A DNA stretch of 64,000 nt, taken from contig JBHYGA010000001.1 in NCBI GenBank assembly GCA_051859245.1, forward strand, positions 32,001-96,000. The letters are read 5' to 3'. Below, piece after piece: positions 9,738 through 19,703 of the stretch (positions within the stretch are counted from its first letter, which is position 1; every line of letters begins with the position of its first letter). The notes under the pieces were generated by a model. That model was not told the DNA's origin, searched no databases, and saw nothing but the letters and a program-made list of their open reading frames with translations. Both the position numbers and the translations under genes were made by a program. The DNA is from Gemmatimonadaceae bacterium (lineage in GTDB: Bacteria; Gemmatimonadota; Gemmatimonadetes; Gemmatimonadales; Gemmatimonadaceae).

Positions 9738-11522
9738 CTACCGCGACCGCTTGCTATGCGATCCGCCCTTCGGTGAATCCACCGTCACTGTAAACGGTCC
9801 GCTGCCTTCCACAATCCAGCGCACCGTCACCGGAACACCGCCGCCCGGAATGTTTGCGAGCTTGATCGTGGTGGGATCAAGCGTCTGCTCTTCGGTGACG
9901 TTTTGCAACGGATTCAATACGCGGAACGCGGTGATCACTTTGCCGCCGGAGAGCGTGACATGATCCGGACGCGAGATCTTGTTCTCGACATCCTGTTGCG
10001 TGTGCGTTGGTGCAAGCTTGCGGTTGATCACGATGGCCGTGACCTCCGTCAGCCCACCACCCATCGATCGCGTGGAAATCGAATCCACTTCCACCAAGGG
10101 CATTTCCGACGTCTGATACAGCGTGAACATCATGTTGCGATGCGCGTCGCTCTGCAGCAGGAAGCCCGGTTCCACACGTCCGAAGTTTTTCTTGAAGCCA
10201 CCCACTTCGACTTCACCATACTGCGGATGCTGCACCTTGGTCCACGGCACAAACGCCTCGCCAAGCAGAAGCAGTCGATCGAAGAGTGAACTCTGCTCCT
10301 GGCCGGATGGGCCGTCGCCGCCCGCGCTGTTGAAGTACAGGAACGGCGTGAATAGTTCGTTGGAGAACGTGAGCACACCACGCGCGCCGTAGAACCAGTC
10401 AAGCTCGCCGCCCCACACCGTGTACAAATCTTTCCAGACGATCATGTAACGATAGCCCGGGAGAATCTGTTCGCCCGTTTTGCCAAGCTGGTCGAACACG
10501 GCCACGTCCTGGGGGCGATATTCGTCCTGCGGCACGCCGGGGCCACGGAGCAACATGCCGCCCGAGTTGTGATAACTCTGCGCACCGGCAATGTTCTCGC
10601 GCTTCATCACGAAGTTCAGCACCGCGCGCGTTTCCGGCAGTGAACCCGGCCACCAGTCAGCGCCGCCCTGCACGTACTGCGGCACCCAACGCCACGGCCA
10701 ATTGCGATTCGGATCGTAGCCGCCAATGCCGTCTTCGCTCACGTTGCCGTCACCATCGGCGTCGTAGCCTTCCTGGCCAAGAATGTCCCACTCACCCTTG
10801 GTGCCAGCGGGTGCAGGAATCAACACGCGCTTGTCGAACGGCGCTTCGATAAACCGGCCGTTTGGATTGCGGCGACGCATCTGGGTGATGTGTCCATCGC
10901 CATTCAGATCATTCGGGCCGTCTTCGTCGAGCAGGCCGTCGCCATCGTTGTCGCGCGGCATGAGGCCGGTACGCGGGGAGCTCGCGGTGTTGGCCATCTT
11001 GAGGTAATGATCGCGCGCGTCGGGATTGATCGTTGGCGCGATGTACAGCGTGCGCTGCGCGAGCAACGTATCCACGGCCGCTACCTGACCGGCCATCTCG
11101 GCGAGATACCACGCGGTGTACATGGAAAACTCACTGCCCTGAATTTCATTCGAGTGAATATTGCCATCAATCCACATGGCCGGCTTCTTGTCGGCGTCGC
11201 CCACTTTGAAGTTCGTAACGGTGATCAAGGTGATATCCTTGCCGCCAAAACTTTTGCCAATGCTCGACACCTTCACGTAGTCCGGATGCGCACGCGCCAG
11301 TCGTTCCGCGAGTTCGCGGAGCTGGTCGCTGTCGTACCAACGGTCCCACAGAATGGGCACCTTCGGATTGCGCGGTGAGCCGAGTGCTTCGAGCGCGCCA
11401 GTGAGCGGAATGCGATCGCCAGGACGCTGCTGCGCCTCAAGATCCGTCGCAATGGTAGCAAGCGAAACGAGCGCAAGCGCGGCGAACAACGAACGCATTT
11501 TCAAAGTTGTCATGGGAGTCAT
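9738..11522 (-). CDS. M14 family zinc carboxypeptidase, secreted, catalytic motifs intact
   Basis: IDGNIHSNE (HxxE), INPDAR, DPNRNWP, SYHNSGG, FSNEL; DxDGDG repeats. An alternative GTG start at 11531 overlaps the upstream stop. Confidence 0.88.
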   Translation of the reverse strand: MTPMTTLKMRSLFAALALVSLATIATDLEAQQRPGDRIPLTGALEALGSPRNPKVPILWDRWYDSDQLRELAERLARAHPDYVKVSSIGKSFGGKDITLITVTNFKVGDADKKPAMWIDGNIHSNEIQGSEFSMYTAWYLAEMAGQVAAVDTLLAQRTLYIAPTINPDARDHYLKMANTASSPRTGLMPRDNDGDGLLDEDGPNDLNGDGHITQMRRRNPNGRFIEAPFDKRVLIPAPAGTKGEWDILGQEGYDADGDGNVSEDGIGGYDPNRNWPWRWVPQYVQGGADWWPGSLPETRAVLNFVMKRENIAGAQSYHNSGGMLLRGPGVPQDEYRPQDVAVFDQLGKTGEQILPGYRYMIVWKDLYTVWGGELDWFYGARGVLTFSNELFTPFLYFNSAGGDGPSGQEQSSLFDRLLLLGEAFVPWTKVQHPQYGEVEVGGFKKNFGRVEPGFLLQSDAHRNMMFTLYQTSEMPLVEVDSISTRSMGGGLTEVTAIVINRKLAPTHTQQDVENKISRPDHVTLSGGKVITAFRVLNPLQNVTEEQTLDPTTIKLANIPGGGVPVTVRWIVEGSGPFTVTVDSPKGGSHSKRSR

Positions 11523-11527
11523 GAGAA

Positions 11528-13279
11528 TCACCGGGCGCGAAGCGTAATCGTTTCGCTCGCTTCGCCAACGATTGCCGAGGCGGCTGAGAGCGTTACTGTA
11601 GAACCAGCGTTACCCACAATCACCCACGTGAGTTCGGTACTGGTGCCGCTACCGCGCATCGGATTGAGCAGTTGCATGGAACGACCTGACGCGATCTCCT
11701 GACCGGCCGATGTTTTGAGATCAACACGTACACGCTGCGGCCAGCGCGCGCGCGCACCCATCGCAGACATGGTTGGCAGGAATCCAGTGTTCGCGACATG
11801 CGCGGTGATGCGCCACGTGCGCGTACCTACGGCTTCCACTTTCGCCACACGCAGTTCAAGTCGCGGCAACATGCCTGCCAGCGCACTAACAAACCGCGCG
11901 TGCTGCGCACCAAGCGAATCCAGCATTGATGCTGGCGGGTTCAGTGCTGCGTACGGCGCAATGCCTCCAACTTCCACATTCTGTCCGGGAAAATCTGGGT
12001 GCTGAACACGCGTCCACGGTACCACGGCATCCGCGCGGTTGGCTTCCATCCAACGCAGAGTTGCGCGTTCCGCCGCCAAGGCATCAGTTGCGCCTGCGGG
12101 CGCTGCGCGGCGCGTTGTATCCGCGGGCATATCAGGCGTCCACCACGTGCGTGAACCAAACGCGAGGCGCCCCATGTGGTAGTAAATCCACGAGAGCACA
12201 TCACCCTTGCCATCAATACCGTTCGGGCCGCGTGAGAGACCCGTGGTGCGCTTGAAGACGCGGCTGCCTTCAGCAAACCACGGATCATCTTCTGGCAGCG
12301 TGGCTGTGAACGGACCCGTTGCCGACGTGCCTTGCGGCTGACCGCCAATACCAGGAACGCGACGACCAACCCACGGCGAGTTCACGTTGTCTTGCGGGCC
12401 GAGCACGTACGCCACGGCGATATTCTGATGGGTCTGAAAGAGCTCCGCGATACCCCACGCTTCCGGAGCCGACAGCGGCCAGTTACCCGACGTGGCGCCA
12501 AAGTATTCGTAGAAGTTCGGGAAGTTGGCATTGATGTCGGTGCCGCCCGGTCCGTCTTCGCTGAACGCGCCGTCCTTGTCGAGATCACGACCTTCGGCCA
12601 TCACGCGGTAGCGACCACGCTCTCCACGAGTGACATCAGCGCGGCGCATGAGCAGCGGATTCAATGAATCGGCGATCCACTGACCCGCTGGATCTTCTAC
12701 GCGCATGCTGGTGATGCGACCGTCTCCATTCACATCGCTCGGCCCATCTTCATCGATCTTGCCATCACGATCACTGTCGAACGCTTCGTCATTACCCGTG
12801 CGCTCGGAGAGTACCGGACCAAAGAACGCCTCGGCGGCATCGGGATTCGCGCGCGGCACCACATAGAACGTGTGTTGATCAAGCAGCCGCTTCATGGCCG
12901 TATCACGCGAGTATGCGCTCGTCATCTGTCGCATGATGCGCAGGGCAACTTCACTCGACACGACGTGCGGACCAAACGCGTTCGCAATCACAAGGACGGC
13001 GGGGCGTTTATCCGCAGCATCACCACCGCTGCCAATGCGCACCACGTGTACCGCGCGGCCGCCGGGCGACTTGGCGATTTCACGTACGCTCAGCAGTGAA
13101 GGATTCGCGCGACGCAGTTCCTCGATCGCGGAGGTCAGCGCGCTGTGCGACAGGTATCCGGCGGAGGGCGCGTTGGCGGCGCGTTGCGCAAACGCAGCGC
13201 TGGGCGTGGCCGAGCCGACGAACGCGGCGATGGCGATAAGTGCGCCAACCGGTGATCGACCGGTTCTGAAACGGTGCAT
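11528..13279 (-). CDS. M14 family peptidase homologue, probably inactive
   Basis: Collinear with the downstream paralog (ANPDAA, DxDGD repeats, VQHPDF...VEVGG) but the HxxE, NRN, second His and catalytic Glu positions are substituted. Confidence 0.82.
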   Translation of the reverse strand: MHRFRTGRSPVGALIAIAAFVGSATPSAAFAQRAANAPSAGYLSHSALTSAIEELRRANPSLLSVREIAKSPGGRAVHVVRIGSGGDAADKRPAVLVIANAFGPHVVSSEVALRIMRQMTSAYSRDTAMKRLLDQHTFYVVPRANPDAAEAFFGPVLSERTGNDEAFDSDRDGKIDEDGPSDVNGDGRITSMRVEDPAGQWIADSLNPLLMRRADVTRGERGRYRVMAEGRDLDKDGAFSEDGPGGTDINANFPNFYEYFGATSGNWPLSAPEAWGIAELFQTHQNIAVAYVLGPQDNVNSPWVGRRVPGIGGQPQGTSATGPFTATLPEDDPWFAEGSRVFKRTTGLSRGPNGIDGKGDVLSWIYYHMGRLAFGSRTWWTPDMPADTTRRAAPAGATDALAAERATLRWMEANRADAVVPWTRVQHPDFPGQNVEVGGIAPYAALNPPASMLDSLGAQHARFVSALAGMLPRLELRVAKVEAVGTRTWRITAHVANTGFLPTMSAMGARARWPQRVRVDLKTSAGQEIASGRSMQLLNPMRGSGTSTELTWVIVGNAGSTVTLSAASAIVGEASETITLRAR

Positions 13280-13515
13280 TGTTTGTGGGGAAGGGAGGGA
13301 CGCATTCGCACCGCACATCCTGCGCGGTGTCACGACGGTGGATCAGAAGCGTTCACACGCTTCAGTTCGCTTGCTGCATCGCGATTCACGCATAATTTGC
13401 CTGCGTACGACCGCGACCACGGAAATTACGACCTCGCGTCGCGTAATGCTGGATTTCCTGTCCGAAGTGCTGATCGCTTCGAATTCCGCACTGCCCGCCT
13501 CTTCAGGAGCTGCAT

Positions 13516-14631
13516 ATGTCCTTGTCCCCCCTTGCGCCGCGCCAGCGCACCCGACGCGCCCTCTGGGCCGTGGCCTCGCTCGCCCTCGGCGCCAGCACGG
13601 TGGCGTTTACGCCGTCGATTCGTGCGGCACTCGTTCCAGGCCTCACGTACCAGTTCGACATGACCACGTCCGAGTCCGACGAAAGTTTTGCCGCCGCTGG
13701 CAAAACGCTCATGAAGTCGGTTGGTACAGTGCGCATCGCCGGTGACAAAGCGCGCATTGACTTTGCCGAAGTGAAGGGCCCGTCAACGCCCATGATGAGC
13801 AAAGACGGCTACATGCTCGTGCACGACGGTGGCAACACCATGTACATGGTCGACACCAAAGAGAAGCAGTACATGAAGATCGACGCGAAAGCACTCGGCT
13901 CGATGTTTTCGTCGCTCTCGAGTATGTCGGGTGGTCTGATGAAGATTGATGTGAAGGACGCGTCGATGTCGGTGAAGAAAGTTGGTGCGGGCGAAACGAT
14001 TGTGGGGTACGCGACTGAGCAGTGGCAGATTGCCCAGGCCTACACCATGACCGTGAAAACGTTTGGGTTCGGCAGCACGTCGCGCACGGAGAGCAATACG
14101 TCGCTCTGGATGGCGCCGCAGCTCAAGAACTCAGAGCTGATGAATCCGATGATCGACATGGGGCGCAACATGGCGTCGATGTTTGAGGGCAACAAGGAAT
14201 GGGAGCAGGTCGTGAGCGGACCTGTGAAGGAGTTGCCGCAGGTGGCGGTGCTCAAGATGCGTTCCACGTCCAAGACCACGGCGGACAAGGGCAAGCCGCA
14301 GTTCTCGATTTCTGAAATGGAAGTCACCAAGTGGAGCAAGGGGGACGTCGCCGCGGCGGATCTTGAGCTGCCCAAAGATTTCAAGCCGATTGAAATGCCG
14401 AACATGGCCGCGCTGTCTGACTCCATGAAGGCTGCGGGCATGGACACCGTCGATATGAAGGCCGCGATGAAGCAGGCGGGCTTCAAGGACGAAGACATCG
14501 CTGAGGCGCTGAAGCAGGCGGCGCTGGATGGCGCCAAGGATCAGGCGAAGCAGGAAGCGAAGGATGCGGGCAAGAACGCGGTGAAAGCCGGCGTGCGCGG
14601 GCTGTTGCGGCGCAAGCCACCCGCTATCTGA
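13516..14631 (+). CDS. Secreted DUF4412-like protein
   Basis: Signal peptide; YMVDTKEKQYMKID, GETIVGYATEQW, LWMAP, LELPKDFK pattern. Confidence 0.6.
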   Translation: MSLSPLAPRQRTRRALWAVASLALGASTVAFTPSIRAALVPGLTYQFDMTTSESDESFAAAGKTLMKSVGTVRIAGDKARIDFAEVKGPSTPMMSKDGYMLVHDGGNTMYMVDTKEKQYMKIDAKALGSMFSSLSSMSGGLMKIDVKDASMSVKKVGAGETIVGYATEQWQIAQAYTMTVKTFGFGSTSRTESNTSLWMAPQLKNSELMNPMIDMGRNMASMFEGNKEWEQVVSGPVKELPQVAVLKMRSTSKTTADKGKPQFSISEMEVTKWSKGDVAAADLELPKDFKPIEMPNMAALSDSMKAAGMDTVDMKAAMKQAGFKDEDIAEALKQAALDGAKDQAKQEAKDAGKNAVKAGVRGLLRRKPPAI

Positions 14632-14649
14632 TCACACGTTCGCATACGC

Positions 14650-14687
14650 AAAAACGGCGGCGCTCACAAATGAGCGCCGCCGTTTTT
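14650..14687. terminator. Bidirectional intrinsic terminator
   Basis: AAAAACGGCGGCGCTCA-CAAA-TGAGCGCCGCCGTTTTT between convergent genes. Confidence 0.9.
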
Positions 14688-14704
14688 GTGTGATCAAGTG
14701 GAAA

Positions 14705-16861
14705 TCAGTACTTCGCCAGCTCTACGTACGCCTGACGGAAGGTCTCAATCTGCGGAAGCGTCGCATCTTCCAGACTCGGTGCGTAACCAACGAACGTGTC
14801 TGTGCTTGCAATGCGCTTGACCGGTGCGTCGAGCCAGCCGAAACAATCGTCGGCAATGCGCGCCGCAATTTCGGCACCATAGCCCCACGACATGCTGTCT
14901 TCGTAGGCCACGATCACCCGACTCGTTTTCTTGACGCTGTTGTAGACTGTTTCCTGATCCCACGGCTGCAGCGTGCGCAGATCAATGACTTCAACAGACG
15001 GACCGCCTTCGTCGGCAATCTGATTGGCGGCAACGAGTGCACGCTGCACCGTGGCGCCGTACGTCACCAGTGTGATGTCGGTACCATCGCGCAGCACACG
15101 CGCTTTGCCGAACGGAATCATGAAGTTCGGGCCCGGATACGCGCCCTTGTTGTACGTCTGCCGATACAAATGCTTGTGTTCGAGGAAGATCACCGGATCT
15201 TCGCAACGAATTGCCGTCCGCAACAAACCGTTGGCATCCAACGCGGAGCTCGGGCACACGACACGCAAGCCGGGGCAGTGCGTGAAGAGCGACGCGCCAG
15301 TCTGTGAGTGGTACACGCCGCCACGGATGTAACCGCCGTACGTGGTACGAACGACCATCGGCGCACTGAACGCATTGTTCGAACGCCAGCGCATGGTCGC
15401 CAGTTCATCGCGGAGCTGCATGTACGCGGGCCAGATGTAGTCGAAGAACTGAATCTCGACGACTGGCTTGAAACCGCGGTGCGCCAGACCAATGGCACGA
15501 CCAATGATGTTGGCTTCCGCGAGCGGCGTGTTGAAGACGCGCGTGCTGCCAAACTTGGTCTGCAGCCCGTGCGTGACTTTGAACACGCCGCCTTTGCCTT
15601 TCACCTTGCCGAGATACTGCTCGCGAGACACGTCGGCCACGTCTTCACCAAAGGCCAGAATGCGCTCGTCGCGCTGCATCTCGTCGCGCATGCAGGCGTT
15701 CAGCAACTCCACCATGGTGGTGGGCTCGCCCGCGAACTGCGGATCATCCTCGGTATCGAACTGTTCACCCGTGGGATCCACATCAGGTGAATACACCGCA
15801 AAATGTACGGTGCTGCCATCGGGCTGCGACTGTGACAGCGCATCGTCGGTGGCCGCGAGCACATCAGCGTCCACCGATTGACGAATCGCCTCAAGTTCCG
15901 CTTCCGTTGCGTGGCCATTGGCAATCAGCCATTCGGGGAAACGCGCGATTGGATCACGTGCGATGTCGGCAGCGCGCTCTTCGTCGGGGCGATACATCAC
16001 CTCGTCGTCGGAGAGCGAATGCGAATACGGACGAATCACTTTCGCGTGTACCAAAGCGGGACCGCGACGTTCACGCGCATACTGCACCGCGCGCGCCATG
16101 ACATCGTACGACGCGAGCAGGTCGCAGCCGTCGACTTCCTGAATGTAGAGACCCGGGAAGCCGGTCACGAGCTTGGAGATCGAGCCGCCCGCCGTACCCA
16201 CTTCAACCGGCACGGAGATCGCGTAGCCGTTGTCTTCTACGAGATAGACCACCGGCAGCTTGAGATTGCAGGCGGTGTTGAGCGACTCCCAGAACTCACC
16301 TTCGCTCGTGGTACCGTCACCCGTGGTGACGAGTACCACTTCGTCGCCAGCAAATCCTTCGCTGATCTCCAACTGCTTGGCGCGCGTGACCGCTTCGGCG
16401 CAGCCCACGGCCTGCAGAAACTGCGTGCCGGTGGGCGATGACACGGAGACAATGTTGAGATCCTTGTGTCCCCAATGGCTGGGCATCTGCCGGCCGCCCG
16501 AGTTCGGATCGATCGCGGCACCAACGGCCGAATACAACATTTCATTGCCCGTCATGCCCAGCATCAGGCAGAGCGCACGGTCGCGATAATAGAGGTAGAA
16601 CCAGTCATGGGCAGGGCGCAGCAGCAGACCCGCTGCAGCGAGAATCGCCTCATGACCAGCGCCAGAGATCTGAAAGAAGATCTTGTTCTGCCGTTTGAGC
16701 TGGATCTCCTTGTCGTCGAGCCGGCGCGACAAATACATCATGCGGAACGCGTGGAGCAGCTGCTCGCGGGTGAGCGAGGCGGCCGTTTCCGGGGCGGACC
16801 CGGTGTTCTCGGGTGCCTCGGTGCTCTTGCGGGCGCGGGTCGGTCGAGCGGAAGTAGCCAT
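14705..16861 (-). CDS. 2-oxoacid dehydrogenase E1, fused alpha/beta subunits (branched-chain type likely)
   Basis: GAGHEA, TPP-binding GDG...EDN, HSLSDD, FNTPLAE, EIQFFDY, YHSQ, FLEHK, IDLRTL. Confidence 0.93.
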   Translation of the reverse strand: MATSARPTRARKSTEAPENTGSAPETAASLTREQLLHAFRMMYLSRRLDDKEIQLKRQNKIFFQISGAGHEAILAAAGLLLRPAHDWFYLYYRDRALCLMLGMTGNEMLYSAVGAAIDPNSGGRQMPSHWGHKDLNIVSVSSPTGTQFLQAVGCAEAVTRAKQLEISEGFAGDEVVLVTTGDGTTSEGEFWESLNTACNLKLPVVYLVEDNGYAISVPVEVGTAGGSISKLVTGFPGLYIQEVDGCDLLASYDVMARAVQYARERRGPALVHAKVIRPYSHSLSDDEVMYRPDEERAADIARDPIARFPEWLIANGHATEAELEAIRQSVDADVLAATDDALSQSQPDGSTVHFAVYSPDVDPTGEQFDTEDDPQFAGEPTTMVELLNACMRDEMQRDERILAFGEDVADVSREQYLGKVKGKGGVFKVTHGLQTKFGSTRVFNTPLAEANIIGRAIGLAHRGFKPVVEIQFFDYIWPAYMQLRDELATMRWRSNNAFSAPMVVRTTYGGYIRGGVYHSQTGASLFTHCPGLRVVCPSSALDANGLLRTAIRCEDPVIFLEHKHLYRQTYNKGAYPGPNFMIPFGKARVLRDGTDITLVTYGATVQRALVAANQIADEGGPSVEVIDLRTLQPWDQETVYNSVKKTSRVIVAYEDSMSWGYGAEIAARIADDCFGWLDAPVKRIASTDTFVGYAPSLEDATLPQIETFRQAYVELAKY

Positions 16862-17051
16862 GAGATCAGTCCCGTATCAGGTTCAGGGGTAGCCTCGTAA
16901 CGTAGTCAGGGCGAGGCACCCCGGGCCAGTCACCGCGCAAAGGTGTAAACTTCGCTTGACACCGGCTGTTGTCGCATGAATGCTGCGTGTGTCGGCTGCA
17001 TGCGAGAATTGTGGCCGCGAACTCACCTCCCCGACCCGAGAAGTGGCCCGT

Positions 17052-17540
17052 ATGCATGCTCCCGTTCATTCCACCGGTGTAACATCCAGCCAACACTGCA
17101 TTTTCTGCGACCTTATCCGCGGCGCGGCTGAGGTCTCCATGTGCTACGAGGACAGCAAAGTCATCGCCTTCATGGATATCCAGCCGGTAAACGCCGGACA
17201 CGTGCTGGTGGTGCCGCGGGAGCACTACGAAGTCTTGCAGGACATTCCGCGCGACGTCGGTGCGCATATGTACGATGTGGCGACGCGTCTCATACCCGTC
17301 GTGCAGAAGGTCGCGGGCGCCGAGGACATGAACATTGTCGTCAACTCCGGTGCGGCGGCTGGTCAGAACGTGTTTCACTACCACATCCATTTGATTCCGC
17401 GCAAAGAAGGCGACGGCTTTGATATTCCGTTGCCGTTTCCCGGCTCGGAGATGCCGAACCGACATCTGCTCGACGCGATGGCCGCGCAAATTGGCGCCGC
17501 ACTTCGCAACCGTGCATCGGGCAGCACCGCAAAGTCGTGA
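17052..17540 (+). CDS. HIT family nucleotide hydrolase
   Basis: CIFC, AFMDIQPVNAGHVLVVP, AGQNVFHYHIHLIPR (histidine triad). Confidence 0.92.
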   Translation: MHAPVHSTGVTSSQHCIFCDLIRGAAEVSMCYEDSKVIAFMDIQPVNAGHVLVVPREHYEVLQDIPRDVGAHMYDVATRLIPVVQKVAGAEDMNIVVNSGAAAGQNVFHYHIHLIPRKEGDGFDIPLPFPGSEMPNRHLLDAMAAQIGAALRNRASGSTAKS

Positions 17541-17555
17541 CGTAGCTGTGCCCTC

Positions 17556-17585
17556 TTGACCGTTGTGGTGTAGTAGTCGTACAGT
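17556..17585 (+). promoter_or_regulatory. Sigma70-like promoter
   Basis: TTGACC(17556)-18 bp-TACAGT(17580). Confidence 0.5.
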
Positions 17586-17635
17586 AGCGTGTACACGTTG
17601 ACGCTGTCCCTTGCTCTCGCCAAGTCAGGAGGACG

Positions 17636-17722
17636 ATGCACACCCTTCGTGTTGTTCCCGCCGCTCGCCCCGCGCGAGGCTTCATTGCCTCTCGCGGGGC
17701 GTCTCTGTTAATGGCCCGCTGA
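17636..17722 (+). CDS. Putative 28-aa leader peptide MHTLRVVPAARPARGFIASRGASLLMAR
   Basis: Strong AGGAGG RBS before ATG 17636; stop TGA 17720-17722 one base before the HNH ATG. Confidence 0.4.
   Translation: MHTLRVVPAARPARGFIASRGASLLMAR
17666..17709 (+). terminator. Attenuator/terminator-like hairpin
   Basis: 15-bp stem with one mismatch, CGCCCCGCGCGAGGC/GCCTCTCGCGGGGCG, then a weak U tract TCTCTGTT. Confidence 0.55.
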
Positions 17723-17723
17723 G

Positions 17724-18221
17724 ATGCGGCGCCCCGTGATGTCAGACCGCACCGGACGCAACAAAATCGCACGCGGTGAGCGACCGTCGAGGCGCGGAGC
17801 TGTACATGCCCGACGTGGTACCGCGCCATCCAAACACGTGCCGGTGCGACCGGTGATGATGGCCATGAAACGCGCCATGCGACGCGTGGCGCTTCGGGAC
17901 TGCGGACAGCGCTGCGTGTACTGCGCGTCCCCACTCGATACGCACAACGCCACGCTGGATCACGTGCATCCGCTGGCACGCGGTGGTACCCATGATTCAG
18001 CCAACGTGGTGGCGGCGTGTGGTCCGTGCAATCGCCTCAAGGGCGATCTGCTGCCGCAGGAGTTTTTTGCGCGGCATCCGTGGGCGGGCCACCACTTCAT
18101 TCAATACGCGCGGTCGGTGCACCGGGCGCTCAAGCGCATGGCACGTCGCGCGGTCAGTCTTGCCTGTGCGGACGAGGGACGAGAATTGCTGCGCCGTTCA
18201 CGGGATCGGTTGGCGGCGTAG
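17724..18221 (+). CDS. HNH endonuclease (small, Zn-binding)
   Basis: CVYC...TLDHVHPLARGG...NVVAACGPCNRLKG; start could be further downstream. Confidence 0.88.
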   Translation: MRRPVMSDRTGRNKIARGERPSRRGAVHARRGTAPSKHVPVRPVMMAMKRAMRRVALRDCGQRCVYCASPLDTHNATLDHVHPLARGGTHDSANVVAACGPCNRLKGDLLPQEFFARHPWAGHHFIQYARSVHRALKRMARRAVSLACADEGRELLRRSRDRLAA

Positions 18222-18273
18222 GCTTGGCGTCGGGGGGCTTCAGCGACTTGGGTGCGCTGTGCGTTATTGCTGA

Positions 18274-18810
18274 ATGTCGAACCCTCGCATCTGGAATCGA
18301 AAGCTGCATCGGTGGGGCGCAATCGCGGTTGCGCTTCCCTTCTTGATCGTGATCAGCACCGGGCTGCTACTGCAACTCAAAAAGCAGTTGGCCTGGGTGC
18401 AGCCGCCCGAGCAGAAGGGCGCGAGTGCGGCGCCTGCCGTGACCATGGAGGCCATGCTCGCGGCGGCGCGCAGCGTGCCCGAAGCTGGGATTACGGACTG
18501 GAGCGACGTTGATCGCGTTGATGTGCGTCCCGGCAAGGGGCTGATCAAAGTGATCGGGAACTCGCGCTGGGAAATTCAGCTCGATGCGAGCACCGGCGCG
18601 GTGTTGCAGACCGCGTATCGACGTTCCGACCTGATGGAGAGTCTGCACGACGGCTCATGGTTTCATCCACTCGCGAAGCTGTGGATCTTCCTTCCGTCCG
18701 GTGCGATTGTGCTCGGCTTGTGGGTCACCGGAATTTACCTGTTCCTGCTGCCGATCAGATCGCGACGTGCCAAGTCGCGTGGCGAATCGCTCAAACGAGG
18801 GGTCGCGTAG
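18274..18810 (+). CDS. PepSY-associated TM helix protein
   Basis: RKLHRW..., TGLLL, IQLDASTG, ESLHDGSW, TGIYL. Confidence 0.82.
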   Translation: MSNPRIWNRKLHRWGAIAVALPFLIVISTGLLLQLKKQLAWVQPPEQKGASAAPAVTMEAMLAAARSVPEAGITDWSDVDRVDVRPGKGLIKVIGNSRWEIQLDASTGAVLQTAYRRSDLMESLHDGSWFHPLAKLWIFLPSGAIVLGLWVTGIYLFLLPIRSRRAKSRGESLKRGVA

Positions 18811-18857
18811 CGGTCGCGCAGCAGTCGCGAGCGGCGAATTCCCCTCACGCGACGGGC

Positions 18858-19703
18858 TCAGTTGCGCACGGCGCGTTTCCGATCGCGAAGGCGCCACCAC
18901 ACCACGGGGAGCGCCGCGGCGATGTGCAGTCCGGCCGTGTACACGCGCCACCACACCACGATCTCGCCCGCATCGCTGCCCAGGTCGCCCGCCATGCCGC
19001 CCATGAGGCCAAGATCCACAATGCCGGCGCCGCCAGGGGTTGGCATCGCGATCTGGCCGTAGAGCATCGCAAACGAGGCAATCGCGAGCACATCGGGTGG
19101 TGGTGCATTGGGCACGGCCGACGCCAGCAATGGCAGCAACGCGAGACGCGTGAACACATCGACCACCGTGAGCGGCACGGTGCGCAGCGCCGTGGACACG
19201 CCCATGCCACGAACGAGTTGCAATCCTTCGCGCACTGATCGTCCTACCATGCGAGAATGACCTGGCGCGGCGCGACGTGCAATCAACACGAGCAGCCATC
19301 CCACAATGAACAGGCCGCCTACGTACTGCGTCATTTTTGTGGCCGTACTGCCGGCGTTCTTCAGTAACTCGATCCACTCAAGTCCGGCCGAGAGCGCGAG
19401 CGCTCCGCCGAGCACCGCGTACACCGGATACAACAGCAACGACTCTACGAGCAACACCGGAATCGTGATCATCGGCGGCGTGCCGATGCGCTGAAAAAAC
19501 GCGATTTGCGCGGGCAGTCCGCCAAAACGCAGGGGCGTCAGCGCCGCTGCGGCATCCCCCGCCAAATTCGCGGCCGCGACATCGGCAAAACTCGCGCGAT
19601 GTTTGAGCCCGGAAAAAATCACCTGCGTGCGCCAGGTTCGCACCGCCAGATTCAGTATCACGAGCACGACGCAGGCACCGTGTACCAACAGCACCGACGT
19701 CAC
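18858..19703 (-). CDS. Lysylphosphatidylglycerol synthase-like TM (flippase-like) protein
   Basis: TPLRFGG, PTPGGAG, WRVYT motifs; multi-TM; GTG start overlaps the glycosyltransferase stop (GTGA). Confidence 0.78.
   Translation of the reverse strand: MTSVLLVHGACVVLVILNLAVRTWRTQVIFSGLKHRASFADVAAANLAGDAAAALTPLRFGGLPAQIAFFQRIGTPPMITIPVLLVESLLLYPVYAVLGGALALSAGLEWIELLKNAGSTATKMTQYVGGLFIVGWLLVLIARRAAPGHSRMVGRSVREGLQLVRGMGVSTALRTVPLTVVDVFTRLALLPLLASAVPNAPPPDVLAIASFAMLYGQIAMPTPGGAGIVDLGLMGGMAGDLGSDAGEIVVWWRVYTAGLHIAAALPVVWWRLRDRKRAVRN

Noticed and set aside
14705..16861. E1 alpha/beta fusion without adjacent E2/E3 as a novelty
   Set aside because: Fused E1 genes with unlinked E2/E3 are common in several bacterial phyla.
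17724..18221. HNH gene as IscB/Cas9-like nuclease
   Set aside because: Only 165 aa, with no RuvC motifs or PLMP N-terminus.
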